Virus record (IMG/VR): IMGVR_UViG_3300016461_000001
Coordinates: 1 to 52,885 of that record
Strand: one strand, 5' to 3'
DNA length: 52,885 nucleotides
Source of the DNA: a virus
The notes under the pieces: model-generated
The model's database searches: none
What the model was told of the DNA's origin: nothing
What the model saw: only the letters and a program-made list of their open reading frames with translations
In this document: positions 38,388 to 48,044 of the stretch, piece after piece
How positions within the stretch are numbered: position 1 is the stretch's first letter
Layout: every line of letters starts with the position of its first letter
Translations under genes and position numbers: made by a program

Positions 38388-40880
38388 ATGGCCGATCAGC
38401 TCGCCATCTGGAACGTCGCCCTCTCACACGTCGGCGAGCGGCGGCTTGCCTCGCTCGCGGAGCCGCGCGAGCCCGCGCGCGTGCTGGCGGACGAGTGGGA
38501 TGCGGCGGTGCGCTCCTGCCTCCAGATGACGCCGTGGAGCTTCTCAGTCCGGCGTCAGACCCTCAGCCCGACTGCGGCTGGCGGCGCGGGCTTCACACGC
38601 GCCTTTCAGAAGCCGGCAGACTGGCTGCGCACGGCCGATATCGCGACCGACGTCGCGCTGACAGCTCCGCTGGACGCCTATCTTGAAGAGGGGGCCTTCT
38701 GGTTCGCCAGCGTCGACCAGATCACGGTCCGGTATGTCTCGACGGATCCGAATTACGGCTACAACATCGCGGCTTGGCCGCAGACATTCGCCGATCTCGT
38801 TGCGCTCGCGCTTGCTGCCCGCATCTGCCGGCGCCTGACCGGCTCAGATCAGATCCTCGGCGCGGTGGTGAAGCTGCGTGACGACGCGCAGAAGGACGCG
38901 CTCGCTCTCGAGGAAGCGACGGCCGCGTTCACCTATCCGTTCGCGTCGGTCGCCGGAGAAACCCGGCTCTCCATCTACAACGCGGCGCTTGCCCATCTCG
39001 GCCGTTCCCGCGTCTACAGCCTGACCCAGACCACCGATACGCTGCGCGAGCTGAACGACCAGTGGCGCTCGGCGGTGCGGTACTGCTTGCAGCGCGGTCC
39101 CTGGCACTTCGCTTGCCGGGTCTATACCCAGACGCCCGCCAACGGCGTGTTCCCGCTGATGGATCTTGCCTATGCCTTCGAGAAGCCAGCCGACTGGATC
39201 CTGACGACGCATCTTGCAGCCGACCCTAACCTGACGGTGCCGGTCGGCCCCTACGTCGAGGATGACCGATACTGGTTCGCGAACGTCGCGCAACTCTCGA
39301 TCCGCTACGTCTCGGGGGACGCCGCATGGGGCATGGACCCGTCGCGGTGGACGCCGCGGTTCTGTGATCTCGTCGCCTTGCGGTTGGCCGAGGTCAGCTG
39401 CGGGCGCCTCGCTGCCGATGCGAAGGATCTCTGGCCGAACCTGGTCAAGCTGCGCGAGGATACCGAAAGCGCGGCCCTCTCCGTCGAGGCGGAGACAGTT
39501 GGCCGCGTCCCGCCGCCGGCGAACGGCTCCGGGATCCTTCCCCAGCTTCAGGTCTACAACGACGCGCTCGCCTATTTGGGGCTTCCCCGGGTCGACGCGC
39601 TCACTGTCGTCTCGAGCACGCTGCGGGCACTCAACGATCAGTACGACTCGGCAATCCGCCGAGCGCTTCGGCACGCGCCCTGGTTCTTCGCGGTCAGCGT
39701 CGTGACCGTGAACCCGACGCCAGGGCTCGCCGGGGGGACTCCGTTCGCCAACGGCTTCCTGAAGCCGGACGACTGGATCGCAACGCTCGATCTCGCGCAG
39801 GACCCGCAGATCACGCAGCCGCTCGACGGATACGCGGAAGAGAGCGGCCGCTGGTATGCAGACGTCCCGGTCCTGTCCGCCCGGATCATCTCCTATGGCG
39901 CTGTCTATGGCTCCGCCACGAAGCTGTGGCCGCAGGAGTTTGTCACCCTCGTCGCCCTGACGCTCGCCGAACTGTGCGCGGGCCGTGTAGGGGCGGGCGC
40001 GATGCTCCAGTCGATCACGGAGAAGCGCGCGGAGGCCGAAGCCGCGGCCGGGGCGATGGAGCTCAACACGCAGGCCAGGATCGTGCCGGCGCCATCGCCG
40101 GAGGCGGCCGTGCGGCTGGAGGTCCTGAACGGCGCCCTCACCCATCTCGGTCGGCCGCGCCTCGCCGCACTGACCGAGGCCCGAATCGACCTCCGAGCGC
40201 TGAACGAGCGCTTCAACGACTGCGTGCTCTGGTCGCTGGAACAGGGGCCGTGGACATGGGCAACCCGCACGGCGGTCGCGCAGCCGGCCGGTTACCTGCC
40301 GTTCAACGGCTTCGACAACAGCTTCATGAAGCCGGACGACTGGGTGAAGACGGTCACATTGTCGGCCTCGGGCGACTTTCTGCGCAACCCGCTGATCCAC
40401 TACATCGACGCCGACGGCATCTGGTACACGCGCACCTGCGACCTCGCCGTTCGCTACGTTTCCCAGAGCACCGACTGGGGCTTCAACCCGCTGCGGTGGA
40501 CGCCCTCCTTCCGCGGCCTGCTCGCGTTGCGGCTGGCCTGGGCGGCGTGCAAGCGCCTCGGCGGCTCGGACGCGGATCTCGGCAACATCGTGAGCCAGCA
40601 GCAGCGGGCCATGAAGGAGGCCCGCGCGAATGATGCACTGAACACCGCGCCCGTCTTCGCGCAGCCTGGCTCCTGGGTGCGCTCGCGGTCCGGCTGGGGC
40701 GGCCGGAGGCTCGACGAGTACCCGGATGGCGGCTCGATCCCGCTGCTGCCGGATGGTCTCGGCGGCGCCTCAGGACGGCTGGGCGGCTCGGTGGCCGATC
40801 TCGGCGGCGCAGACCCCGGCGATCCGGACGTCGTCGATGACCAGGGCCGGCCCGTCCACACGCCCGGCGACGGCCGGTGA
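38388..40880 (+). CDS. Four tandem gp11-like (tail tubular protein A/adaptor) domains fused in one 830-aa protein, plus a Gly/Asp-rich tail
   Basis: Unit boundaries are at nt 38388, 38964, 39543 and 40113. Each ~190-aa unit repeats N.AL.H(V/L)G, PW.F, F.KP.DW, RY(V/I)S and W(P/T)..F..L(V/L)AL.LA. Confidence 0.7.
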   Translation: MADQLAIWNVALSHVGERRLASLAEPREPARVLADEWDAAVRSCLQMTPWSFSVRRQTLSPTAAGGAGFTRAFQKPADWLRTADIATDVALTAPLDAYLEEGAFWFASVDQITVRYVSTDPNYGYNIAAWPQTFADLVALALAARICRRLTGSDQILGAVVKLRDDAQKDALALEEATAAFTYPFASVAGETRLSIYNAALAHLGRSRVYSLTQTTDTLRELNDQWRSAVRYCLQRGPWHFACRVYTQTPANGVFPLMDLAYAFEKPADWILTTHLAADPNLTVPVGPYVEDDRYWFANVAQLSIRYVSGDAAWGMDPSRWTPRFCDLVALRLAEVSCGRLAADAKDLWPNLVKLREDTESAALSVEAETVGRVPPPANGSGILPQLQVYNDALAYLGLPRVDALTVVSSTLRALNDQYDSAIRRALRHAPWFFAVSVVTVNPTPGLAGGTPFANGFLKPDDWIATLDLAQDPQITQPLDGYAEESGRWYADVPVLSARIISYGAVYGSATKLWPQEFVTLVALTLAELCAGRVGAGAMLQSITEKRAEAEAAAGAMELNTQARIVPAPSPEAAVRLEVLNGALTHLGRPRLAALTEARIDLRALNERFNDCVLWSLEQGPWTWATRTAVAQPAGYLPFNGFDNSFMKPDDWVKTVTLSASGDFLRNPLIHYIDADGIWYTRTCDLAVRYVSQSTDWGFNPLRWTPSFRGLLALRLAWAACKRLGGSDADLGNIVSQQQRAMKEARANDALNTAPVFAQPGSWVRSRSGWGGRRLDEYPDGGSIPLLPDGLGGASGRLGGSVADLGGADPGDPDVVDDQGRPVHTPGDGR

Positions 40881-40909
40881 CTCGTCTCAATCTGCGGCTG
40901 GAGAAGGCC

Positions 40910-42067
40910 ATGAAGCGCGCTCTGATCATGAAACTCGCCGTGCTCGGGGCGATCTTGTTCGCCGGGCCTGCCGCCGCGCAGACCAGCGTGCGGTGCGCCG
41001 CGTTCAACACGTTCCCCTTGGCCTTGAACCTCGGGCAGCCGCCGCTCGGCGTCGGCGGAGAGACGAACCACTGCCTCTGGCAGAAGGTCTCGGACGCGGT
41101 GAACGCCTTGGAGTTGCGCACCCGGAATGGCGGTAGCCTGACCGGCATGTTCGGCCCCGGCACGATCACCCCGCAGGGCATCTACCAAGCCTCGTACCCG
41201 GGCGTGAATTTCCGCGACACCGTGCAGTCCATGCTCGACGTGGCACCCGGCTCCCCCCAGGAGAACCTCGGCGCGTTCGCCGCCTACATGCGCAATCGTA
41301 GCGGCGGCGCGGCCACGCCGGGCGCGGGCGGCAACGCGGTCGGCTTCTTCAGCACGGGCATCATCAGCGCGGATAATTCCGCGATGTGGGGCGTGAACAC
41401 GCTCATGACGGATAACGATCAGCGTGCCGTCGCTGCCGGCGGGGCCGGGCGCATCGCGGTTGGGGCGGAGCTCGACTTCAACGTCATGCGCCCCACGACG
41501 CAGCTTATCGGCGTCTCGATCGGCGGCAACAGCCTTGCGCAGCCGACGAACGCTAACGGCTTCTTGGTCAACACGCTCGGCAACGGCAACAAATGGGGGA
41601 CCGGCTTTTGGGTCCTCGATGGCGCCGCGAAGCAGGGCCTCGTGATCGGCGCGAGCGAGGTCGCCGGGTCGAGCAAGGTCGGCATTCCGATCTGGCTCCA
41701 AGCGTTCGACAGCACTGGCACGAAGCGCACCGCGCAGATCCGCCAGGAAGACAAATACATGGTCTTCAGCGACCTATCGCAGGGATCCTGGGGCGGCATC
41801 GTCGTGCGGCAGGGCGACCTCGCGCTCGACGCCGGGCATGGCGTCATCGTGAACGGGCAGTCCGTCCTCGGCGCTCGCGTGCCCGGCTGGACGGCCGGCA
41901 CCGGCACCCCGAACCTCGGGGCTTTCAACGCGGATTACACGCAGACGATCAGCGCGACCTACACGCAGTCGCAGGTGCAGGCGCTCCAGAACCAGTTGCA
42001 GCTCACGCAGCAGCGGGTTCTCGCACTCGAGACCGCGCTGCGCACCCACGGCCTCATTGGCCCCTGA
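40910..42067 (+). CDS. Signal-peptide-bearing fibre/spike-like protein (385 aa) with a C-terminal coiled coil
   Basis: MKRALIMKLAVLGAILFAGPAAA|QT. GGAGAAGG RBS. C-terminus QVQALQNQLQLTQQRVLALETALRTHGLIGP. Confidence 0.6.
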   Translation: MKRALIMKLAVLGAILFAGPAAAQTSVRCAAFNTFPLALNLGQPPLGVGGETNHCLWQKVSDAVNALELRTRNGGSLTGMFGPGTITPQGIYQASYPGVNFRDTVQSMLDVAPGSPQENLGAFAAYMRNRSGGAATPGAGGNAVGFFSTGIISADNSAMWGVNTLMTDNDQRAVAAGGAGRIAVGAELDFNVMRPTTQLIGVSIGGNSLAQPTNANGFLVNTLGNGNKWGTGFWVLDGAAKQGLVIGASEVAGSSKVGIPIWLQAFDSTGTKRTAQIRQEDKYMVFSDLSQGSWGGIVVRQGDLALDAGHGVIVNGQSVLGARVPGWTAGTGTPNLGAFNADYTQTISATYTQSQVQALQNQLQLTQQRVLALETALRTHGLIGP

Positions 42068-42076
42068 GATCGCCCG

Positions 42077-44848
42077 ATGCCCCCCCTGACGGCACCGCTC
42101 GCCAGTTTTAACCGCGGCGAGGTCTCGCGCCTCGCACTTGGGCGCGTCGACGTCGACAAGCTCCGGCTTGCTGCGGAGGAGTGCGTGAACTGGGTCCCGC
42201 ATACCCTGGGCCCGATGCAGGTGCGCCCCGGCATGCGCTACGTCGGCGGCACCTCGCAGAACGCGCGGGCCTACACGCTGCCCTTCGTCTACTCGACGCA
42301 GGACACGGCGCTGATCGAGCTCACGCCGGGACTCCTACGCATTCTGATTGGGGACGTGCCGCTGGCGCGCCCAGCCGTCGCATCGAGCTTTGCTGCCGGC
42401 TCCATGCTTGGGGGCGGCTGGACAACGCAGACGCAGGGCAACGGCAACGTGACGATCGCGGGCGGCCAGATGGCGCTCGACGTGCCGTCGATCGGCGGCT
42501 TCGCGATCGCGGACGGGCAGATCGCCGTCGGCTCGCCAAATGTCCTGCATGCACTGCGGATCACGGTCCTGCGCGGCCCGGTCCGGTGCCGCATCGGCTC
42601 GGCACAGGGTCTGGACGATCTGGTTGGCGAGTTGAGCCTGGACGTCGGCTTCCACTCCATCGCGTTCACGCCCGGAGCCACGGCGTGGGTCGAGTTCCAG
42701 AACCGGCAGTTCGCGACCGCCCTCCTGCAGGGCGCGACGCTGGAACCGGCCGGAGAACTGAACCTGCCGACGCCGTGGTTCGACGCCGATCTCGCGCGCG
42801 TGCGCTGGGATCAGTCCGCGGACGTCGTCTTCGTAGCCTGCGCGGGGAAGGCGCCGCAGCGCATCCAGCGGCCCGCACCGAACTCCTGGTCCGTAATCCC
42901 GTTCCACGCCGATGACGGGCCGTTCATGCCCGGGACACCGCCGGCCTGCACGCTCGCCGTCTCGAACGCCCAGGGCTACGTCACCGTCTCGGCATCGCGC
43001 CCGGTGTTCCGCTCGGGCCATGCGAACAGCCTACTGCAGGTATTCACTCCGAACGCGAACGCGACCTTCGCCCTGGGCGCGGTCGGCGCCGCCATGCCTT
43101 CGGTCCGCGTGTCCGGGGTCGGTTCGGCGCGATCGATCCACTGGGAGGTCTCGGGCACCTTTGGCGGGTCGTGGGAACTTCAGCGCTCGATCACGGGCGA
43201 GGACCAGGGGTTCGCGGCCGTCTCGGCCCCGACCACGACCGTTGTCGGGACCGGGTCTGACGCCACTACGAAGACCAGCGGCGGTATCGCGGATCCGAAT
43301 TCCGTCTTCTCAGGAAGCGGCGCTGGCTCCGGCACGCTCCAGGACGATCTCGACAACGTCATCGCGTGGTATCGGATCGCCTGCACGGGCTACGCTTCCG
43401 GCGCGATCAATGCCCAGATCATCCACGGGGGCACCGGCGGCCGCACGGCGGTCCTGCGCATCATCGCCGTGGATTCCCCTACCAGCGCGCGCGCTCAGGT
43501 GCTGCGTCCGCCGTCGAGCAACAACCCGTCCGACTCCTGGCAGTTCGGCGACTGGTCCGATGCCGCGGGTTGGCCGACGGCGGTTGCCCTGTTCGATGGC
43601 CGCCTGGGCTTCACCGGCCGCGACCGCCTCTGGATGTCGGTGTCGGATGCCTTCGACAGCTTCGCGGCCGAGATCGAGGACGGCACGGGCGGCACGACCG
43701 TCGGCGACTCCTCTGCCATCTCGCGTTCGATCGGCTACGGCCCGGTCGCGACGATCAACTGGATGCTGCCGCTGACCCGGCTTCTGCTCGGCACGGCCGG
43801 CAGCGAGGTCTCGGTGCGCGCCTCCGCGCTCGACGCGCCGCTGACGCCGACCGGCGGCATGGCGATGCGGGACTGCTCGACTTATGGCTCGGCGCTTGTC
43901 CCGGCGGCGAAGTGCGACACCCGCGGTCTGTTCGTGGACAGGTCGGGGCGCCGCCTGCTGCAACTCGCCTACGACGTGAATTCGCAGGACTACGGCGCGA
44001 CGGACCTGACGCGCCTCCACCCGGATCTGAATCTTGGCAACCCGATCATCCGTCTCGCCGTCCAGCGGCAGCCGAACACGCGCATCCACTGCGTGCGGGC
44101 AGACGGTACGGTGGCCGTGCTGGTGTTCGAGCCGAACGACGACGTCGCAGCTTGGTACCGGATTGAGACCGACGGCTTGGTCGAGGACGTCTACGTGCTG
44201 CCCGGGCTGATCGAGGATGCGGTCTATTACACCGTGAACCGGGGCGGCACGCGCTGCCGGGAGCGGACGGCCCGCCTTGACCAAGCCCGCGGCGGCAACC
44301 TCAACCTGATGGCTGACGCTTTCGTGAGCTACTCGGGCAACGTCCCGACGTCCGGCGTGTCCGGGCTCGACCATCTTGAGGGGAAGACGGTCACGGTCTG
44401 GGCGGACGGAATCGACCGCGGCGTGGCGACCGTCACGAACGGCGCGGTCGGCCTCGCGACGCCCGCCATGAGCGTGTGCGTAGGGTTGCCCTACGTGGCG
44501 CGATGGCGATCGGCAAAGCTGGCCTATGGCGCGCCACAGGGCGGCACGGCATTGAACCGGCGCAAGCGGCTCATCGGCCTGGGCCTGATCCTGGCCGACA
44601 CGCACGAGCAGGGGCTGTTCTTCGGGCAGAGCTACGGCGCGCTCGACCCGCTGCCGCTGGTTGAGGACGACGGCTTGATCGATCCTGCGGGCGGCCAGAC
44701 TGCCTTCGACGAGCAAGAGATCGAGCTGCCCGGGCAGTGGGACACCGATGCGCGCCTCTGCCTCTACGGGCAGGCGCCGCGGCCCTGCACGGTCATGGCG
44801 GCGAGCCTTACGATGGAGACGAGCGTCCTCGGGGGGCAGCAGCAGTGA
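42077..44848 (+). CDS. Tail tubular protein B/nozzle-like protein (923 aa)
   Basis: Size and position follow the gp11-like gene. The N-terminus FNRGEVSRLALGRVDVDKLRLAAEECVNWVPHTLGPMQVRPG parallels the gp12-type N-terminal pattern (by eye). Confidence 0.5.
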   Translation: MPPLTAPLASFNRGEVSRLALGRVDVDKLRLAAEECVNWVPHTLGPMQVRPGMRYVGGTSQNARAYTLPFVYSTQDTALIELTPGLLRILIGDVPLARPAVASSFAAGSMLGGGWTTQTQGNGNVTIAGGQMALDVPSIGGFAIADGQIAVGSPNVLHALRITVLRGPVRCRIGSAQGLDDLVGELSLDVGFHSIAFTPGATAWVEFQNRQFATALLQGATLEPAGELNLPTPWFDADLARVRWDQSADVVFVACAGKAPQRIQRPAPNSWSVIPFHADDGPFMPGTPPACTLAVSNAQGYVTVSASRPVFRSGHANSLLQVFTPNANATFALGAVGAAMPSVRVSGVGSARSIHWEVSGTFGGSWELQRSITGEDQGFAAVSAPTTTVVGTGSDATTKTSGGIADPNSVFSGSGAGSGTLQDDLDNVIAWYRIACTGYASGAINAQIIHGGTGGRTAVLRIIAVDSPTSARAQVLRPPSSNNPSDSWQFGDWSDAAGWPTAVALFDGRLGFTGRDRLWMSVSDAFDSFAAEIEDGTGGTTVGDSSAISRSIGYGPVATINWMLPLTRLLLGTAGSEVSVRASALDAPLTPTGGMAMRDCSTYGSALVPAAKCDTRGLFVDRSGRRLLQLAYDVNSQDYGATDLTRLHPDLNLGNPIIRLAVQRQPNTRIHCVRADGTVAVLVFEPNDDVAAWYRIETDGLVEDVYVLPGLIEDAVYYTVNRGGTRCRERTARLDQARGGNLNLMADAFVSYSGNVPTSGVSGLDHLEGKTVTVWADGIDRGVATVTNGAVGLATPAMSVCVGLPYVARWRSAKLAYGAPQGGTALNRRKRLIGLGLILADTHEQGLFFGQSYGALDPLPLVEDDGLIDPAGGQTAFDEQEIELPGQWDTDARLCLYGQAPRPCTVMAASLTMETSVLGGQQQ

Positions 44849-45201
44849 TCGCTCTGGCGCCCGCCACCGCCGCGGACTTCGAGGCCGTGTTTGGCGTCGC
44901 GCCGCCGTGGCGCATCCGCGGCGTGGCGGCGCGCGAGGATGGCCGGCCGGTGGCGCTGTGCGGCCTGGCCTACACGCCCGACGGGCAGGCGATGGCGTTC
45001 TACGCCGGCACCGAGGCGGTGCAGCGTTTCCCCGTGGCGATCACCCGGGCGGTGATCGCCGGCCTGGCCCAGGCCCGCGGCCGGGGCGTCCGGCGGATCG
45101 TGGCCGAATGCGACACCTCGATCGAGGCCGCCGCGCGCTGGCTCGCGCGGCTCGGCTTCCGCGAGACCGAAGTGCCGAACGTGTGGATCTGGGAGGCCTG
45201 A
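44845..45201 (+). CDS. Small GNAT-like acetyltransferase-fold protein (118 aa)
   Basis: GTGA overlap start. ...RGRGVRRIVAECDTSIEAAARWLARLGFRE resembles the GNAT motif A/B region. Confidence 0.45.
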   Translation: MIALAPATAADFEAVFGVAPPWRIRGVAAREDGRPVALCGLAYTPDGQAMAFYAGTEAVQRFPVAITRAVIAGLAQARGRGVRRIVAECDTSIEAAARWLARLGFRETEVPNVWIWEA

Positions 45202-45202
45202 C

Positions 45203-45706
45203 GTGGGGATGGCAGCGGCGCTGACCGGGGTCGGCGCGGGGATCAGTGCGCTCGGCACGCTCGGCTCGGCCTCGGCCGCCCGGCAGGCCGGACAGGCGCA
45301 GCAGGCGCAGTTCAACTTCAAGGCCGCGCAGGAGGAGCAGCAGGCGACGCAGGCGATCGCCGCGAGCCAGCGACAGATGTTTGACACGAACCGGAAGACG
45401 GCGCTCACGCAGTCGACCCTGCAGGCGCGCGCTGCGGCGGACGGCGGCTCGGCCACCGACGCGACGCCGCTCAACCTGTCGCAGGACATCGCAGGCCGCG
45501 GCGAGTACCTCGCGCTGGGCGATCTGTTCGCCGGGCAGGACCGGGCGGCCGGGCTTCGGCAGCAGGCCTATGCCGACCGCTACTCCGGCGCGGCGGCACG
45601 CGCCGGGGCGAACGCTCAGGCCAACGCGACCATCCTGGGCGGGGTCGGCTCGCTCGCATCGCGGTTCGCCACCCTCGGCGGTAGCTCCGGAGGCCTGTTC
45701 GGCTGA
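45203..45706 (+). CDS. Internal virion protein (gp14-like, Gly/Ala/Gln-rich)
   Basis: MGMAAALTGVGAGISALGTLGSASAARQAGQAQQAQFNFKAAQEEQQ... Confidence 0.5.
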   Translation: MGMAAALTGVGAGISALGTLGSASAARQAGQAQQAQFNFKAAQEEQQATQAIAASQRQMFDTNRKTALTQSTLQARAAADGGSATDATPLNLSQDIAGRGEYLALGDLFAGQDRAAGLRQQAYADRYSGAAARAGANAQANATILGGVGSLASRFATLGGSSGGLFG

Positions 45707-48030
45707 TGCCCAAGCTTCCCTCAGAGGCCGACCTCGGCCCGTCGCCTTCGTTCGAGAGCCGGCGCGGAATCGCGAGCTATGACGCGACGCCGCTTGCCAG
45801 GGGCGCCGCCGCGATCGGTCAGGCCGCGCAGCAGGCCGGCGGCGCGCTGCTGTCCGTCGGGATCCAGAAGCTGGAGCAGGAGCGCCGGCAGGAGGAGACC
45901 CTTCAGGACGCGCAGGCGCAGGCCGACCTCCTCACCGCATCGGCCAAGCGCCGCAGCGCGATCGGCGACGCGACCGACGCGACCGACCTGGAGAAGACGA
46001 ACCGCGAGGGCGCGCAGGCCGACCTCGAGGCGGCGGCCAACCGGATCACGGACCCGAACCGCCGCGCGCTGTTCCTCGAGCGGGCCCGGCCGACCATCGA
46101 GACGCTCGGTGTGGCTGCGAAGGACAAGGCCTTCAACATCACCTCGGACGCGACCCGGGCCGGCGTGCTCCAGCAGCTTGAGGACCTGAAGAAGACCGCG
46201 ATCAACGACCAGGATCCGGAGAAGAAGGCCGGCTACATCGACGCCGGCAACAAGCTGATCAGCGGCCTGGAGAAGGAGGGCTACATCACCTCCGTGCAGG
46301 CGCAGCAGCAGCGCGAGTCCTGGGGCCGGTCCTACGCGGTCGACGCGCTGAACGCGATGAACCCGCAGGCGCGGCTCGCGGCGGCCCGCGGCGGCTACGA
46401 GGGCGCGCTGATTCAGCGCGAGAGCTCGAACAACCCCCGCATCGTCAACTCGCTCGGCTACGCGGGCCTGTACCAGTTCGGCGCGCCGCTTCTCCAGACG
46501 CTGGGCCTCTACACGCCCGGCGCGAACGAGGATCTGCGGGGCTGGTCGACCTCGTCGAAGGACGCGCCCGGCAAATGGTCCGGCACCTTCAACATCCCGG
46601 GCTTCCCGGGTGTGCGCACGCTCTCGGACTTCCGCGAGAACCCGGAGGCGCAGCGAGCCGCGTTCCTCGCCTCGACCGCCTACTACGACAGGGAGATCGA
46701 GCGCCGCGGGCTCGGCCAGTTCATCGGCAAGACGGTCAACGGCGTGCCGATCACGCGCGAGGGCATCTACACGGCGGCGCACCTCGGCGGCATCCAGGGC
46801 ACGGATAGCTGGCTGCGCGGGGGGGCGGACGCGAACGACCGGAACGGCTCGAAGATCTCGAGCTACGCCCGCATGGCGGCGCAGGCTGGCCCCGGCGCCG
46901 GCGACCCGAACGAGCGGTCGCTGGCTCGCTACCTCGACCCGCAGCAGCGCCTCGCCCTGGCGAACGGCGCCACACGCGACCTCGTGAATCAGGATCGCGC
47001 CGCGCAGAACGCGCAGGCGAACGAGACCGCCACCGTCCGGTCGCTGATGAAGGACGACGAGGCGTCGATCATGGCGCAGGGCGCGCCGCTCGGGCAGATC
47101 ACTCCGGAGCGCGTGTCGGCGGCGCTTGGGCCGACGGCGGCCGAGGAGTTCGCCCGCGGACGCGCGCAGGCCGTGGCCTTCCACGATGCGACGAACGACT
47201 GGAGCCAGATCCCCATCGAGGAGATCCGAGCCCGGCTCGGCACGCTGAAGCCCGCGCCGGGCGTGCCAGGGTTCGAGAACGCCGACCGGCTGTTCTCCGT
47301 GGCCGAGAAGCAGGCTGCCGAGATCCAGAAGCAGCGGCAGACCGACCCGGCCGCGGCCGCGGACCGGACGCCGGAGGTGCGCGCCGCACTCCAGGGCGCC
47401 AGCCTCGACCGGCCGGAGAGCTACCAGGCCGTCGCGAAGGCCCGCGCCATCGCGCAAGAGCGGCTCCGGATCCCCGAGGATCTGCGCGTGCCGATGACCC
47501 GAGCGGAGGCGCAGCAGGTGGCGCGGCCGCTGGAACTGGCGCAGCAGGGCGGCGACCCGCGCGAGATCCGCGACGTCCTCACCGACACGGTGAAGCAGCT
47601 CCAGGCCGGCTTCGGCGACCAGAGCGACACCGCCCTCCAGCAGGTGATCAAGGAGGCGCACATCGGCCGGGCCGGCGCCGAGATGGCGGCGGTGGTGCTG
47701 CGGAAGCTCGCCAACCGCGAGATGCCGACGGCGCAGGATGCACGCGCCCTGGACCAGGCGCAGCAGACCAGCGCCGCGGACCGGGCCGTCGCGGGCGTCG
47801 CGCCGGCCGGCGGCGGCGCGCTGCCGCTCAACTTCGACCCGACCGCGGGCTCTACCGGCACGGACTATCTCAACCCGCAGCCCGCGCCCGCCGCGCGCCC
47901 GACGTTCCAGACCCCGGACGCCGGCGCCATCGACATGCTGCGGAAGAAGCCGTATCTCGCCCGGCAGTTCGACCGCACCTATGGCCCGGGCGCCTCCGAG
48001 CGCGTCCTGGCGATCACCGGCCGCCCCTGA
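45706..48030 (+). CDS. Internal virion protein with a lytic transglycosylase (SLT-like) domain
   Basis: ALIQRESSNNPRIVNSLGYAGLYQFG...YTAAHLGG. Confidence 0.7.
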   Translation: MPKLPSEADLGPSPSFESRRGIASYDATPLARGAAAIGQAAQQAGGALLSVGIQKLEQERRQEETLQDAQAQADLLTASAKRRSAIGDATDATDLEKTNREGAQADLEAAANRITDPNRRALFLERARPTIETLGVAAKDKAFNITSDATRAGVLQQLEDLKKTAINDQDPEKKAGYIDAGNKLISGLEKEGYITSVQAQQQRESWGRSYAVDALNAMNPQARLAAARGGYEGALIQRESSNNPRIVNSLGYAGLYQFGAPLLQTLGLYTPGANEDLRGWSTSSKDAPGKWSGTFNIPGFPGVRTLSDFRENPEAQRAAFLASTAYYDREIERRGLGQFIGKTVNGVPITREGIYTAAHLGGIQGTDSWLRGGADANDRNGSKISSYARMAAQAGPGAGDPNERSLARYLDPQQRLALANGATRDLVNQDRAAQNAQANETATVRSLMKDDEASIMAQGAPLGQITPERVSAALGPTAAEEFARGRAQAVAFHDATNDWSQIPIEEIRARLGTLKPAPGVPGFENADRLFSVAEKQAAEIQKQRQTDPAAAADRTPEVRAALQGASLDRPESYQAVAKARAIAQERLRIPEDLRVPMTRAEAQQVARPLELAQQGGDPREIRDVLTDTVKQLQAGFGDQSDTALQQVIKEAHIGRAGAEMAAVVLRKLANREMPTAQDARALDQAQQTSAADRAVAGVAPAGGGALPLNFDPTAGSTGTDYLNPQPAPAARPTFQTPDAGAIDMLRKKPYLARQFDRTYGPGASERVLAITGRP

Positions 48031-48044
48031 ACTGAGACCCCGAC

